Made by a program: the position numbers and the translations under genes. A stretch of 63,839 nt of DNA, the filler included, from Choristocarpus tenellus KU-1152 (lineage: Eukaryota > Protista > Phaeophyceae): assembly GCA_964200185.2 (NCBI GenBank). It is 13 parts of 13 records of this genome, joined end to end, with 100 filler letters (N's around TTAATTAATTAA, not from the genome) between each part and the next. Parts side by side here need not be neighbours in the genome. Positions count along the whole stretch, not along the records: positions 61,319 to 63,839 come from CAXNAD020027115.1; 12 more parts are not named here. One strand, written 5' to 3'. The stretch's first letter is position 1. Each line of letters starts with the position of its first letter. Positions 62,340 through 63,839 of this stretch are shown here, in pieces. The notes beneath the pieces are model-generated. The model ran no database searches, was not told the DNA's origin, and saw only the letters and a list, made by a program, of their open reading frames with translations.

Positions 62340-63823
62340 TATTACTCTCAACACCCTTGTACTTTACAGGTCTCATCTCGTCGAGTATCGATTCCTGGAA
62401 AATTAATGATGATTCAGTTTCACACATTATCATTGATACCGCAACTGACATTCCGGTAATTAGCTATCGTTATATGCAAGCTCATCCCCCCTTTGTTCTG
62501 CTCACATCAATTCTATACCAGATGGTGCCTTACAATTAAGAGGAGCCGGGGGAAGACCTTTGCAAGTACATGGCTTTATTCAATTTCAATTAACCTTGGG
62601 AAATAAAACACTACCTTTTCAAGCAGTTGTTCTACCATCCCTACCTAGGAGTTGGTAAAATCCTTTTGGACAACAGTATCATGGCTGCTTTTGGAGCGAA
62701 GTTGGATTGGGATAGAGAAGAAATAACATTTTCTGGGAGCACAGTTCGCATCCCAGCTACTCATAAAATTTCTCCTATACCCATTGTTAATCCACCAACC
62801 ACCAGTCAAAATACTGCTCAAACCTTTGCAACAAACATGACAGTGGCTACAGCTTCAACTGAGTTCAGTACATGTGAGACATAAAACATATTTACCCCCG
62901 GGAACCGAAACTGTTGTTTCATTGTGTTCTCAGGCCTTGCCTGGCTCAGCCAAAGATTCTGTAGTGGAGCTCATTGTCAAGAAGAGCATGGACTTCATCA
63001 ATCAGGAACAACACCACTCTCCAAGAAACGACATCATAGCCTTACCTGGATCGACCAAAGATGCTGTAGTGGAGCCCATGGTCAGGACGAGCATGGACTT
63101 CATCAACCAGGAACAGCACCACTCTCCATGGAAAGATATCATGGTCAGTCGGTCTTTAACTGGTTGGGAAGAGGATGGATCTTGCCTAGTCAAAATTGCC
63201 AACCCTTCCAACCATGGTGTTAAAATACCTCCTCAATTTGTTGTAGGTCATATAGCACCAGTGGATCAAATTCATATCCTTTCTGAAGCACAGACCAGTA
63301 CCATAGCGGCTACCCCAAACACTCCAGAGGAGCTTAAACAAGCCCGTGATGAGTTGAAAGAATTTTTTGGTTAAAAAGCCCTGGTAGATACAGTATTATC
63401 TGATAAGGAGCCAGAAGAACTGTTTGACCTTGTTGCCAAATATCCACCTGTATTTTCACTCACTTCTGAAGAACTAGGCTGTTGCAAAAATACCAGTGTT
63501 GAATTTCCACTTAAACCGGGTACAGTCCCTGTGAATCGTCCACCATATCGAACCGCACCCTAAATACGTGAGACAATACGTAGTTGTGCGGAGGACATGG
63601 AAAATTAGGGAATAATTCAACCCTCCTCAAGTCCTTGGGCGTCACCAGTAACTATAGTGACAAAACCTGATGGGTCTCCTCGATTCTGTGTAGACTTTAG
63701 GCTCTCATTGGACAAAACTTTGGTACGTAATTCTTGGCCGTTACCATCTATGGAAGATTGTTTGGGTACACTAGGGGGAGCAAATTACCTGTCGTGTCTC
63801 GATGTTCAGTCAGCCTACTGGCA
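62340..63823 (+). mobile_element. Ty3/gypsy pol relic (protease and N-terminal RT), degenerate, cut by a family-B MITE end at 63824
   Basis: Protease IIIDTATDIPVIS; RT PVNRPPYR...GIIQPSSSPWASPVTIVTKPDGSPRFCVDFR...WPLPSMEDCL...YLSCLDVQSAYWQ. In-frame stops and frameshifts; 105-bp tandem duplication at 62934-63143. Confidence 0.92.
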
Positions 63824-63839
63824 GGGTCAAAGTATCAGG

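Overview
Eukaryotic genomic DNA with spliceosomal GT-AG introns of 0.3-2 kb and scattered TTAGGG/CCCTAA tracts. A stramenopile, probably a brown alga, is my inference from gene structure and TE style. The window is not contiguous: it is 13 short contigs joined by 12 identical 100-nt artificial spacers (N44-TTAATTAATTAA-N44). Host genes whose exons can be spliced in consistent phase are an ABCG/White half-transporter (3' part), RMND5/GID2 (3' part), CDT1 (5' part), an unidentified coiled-coil protein, and a complete 3-exon YisB-like HNH-motif gene. Two further host pieces are single terminal exons: one G/M/Q/P-rich, one FAM136A-like. The rest is decayed transposons: copia, gypsy, tyrosine-recombinase retroelement, RLE-type LINE, mariner, pogo, hAT-like, foldback and MITEs. 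The dominant structure is a radiation of ~260-bp MITEs sharing a G-R-N-Y-S-AAAGTATCT terminus and a GTCCATTTGGGG subterminal motif, with 4-bp TSDs on the complete family A copies (Sola-like). These termini also sit at half of all contig ends. I found no convincing novel multi-gene system. The best leads are this MITE radiation, the intact HNH gene, and an internally deleted pogo that retains its DNA-binding HTH and PIP box.
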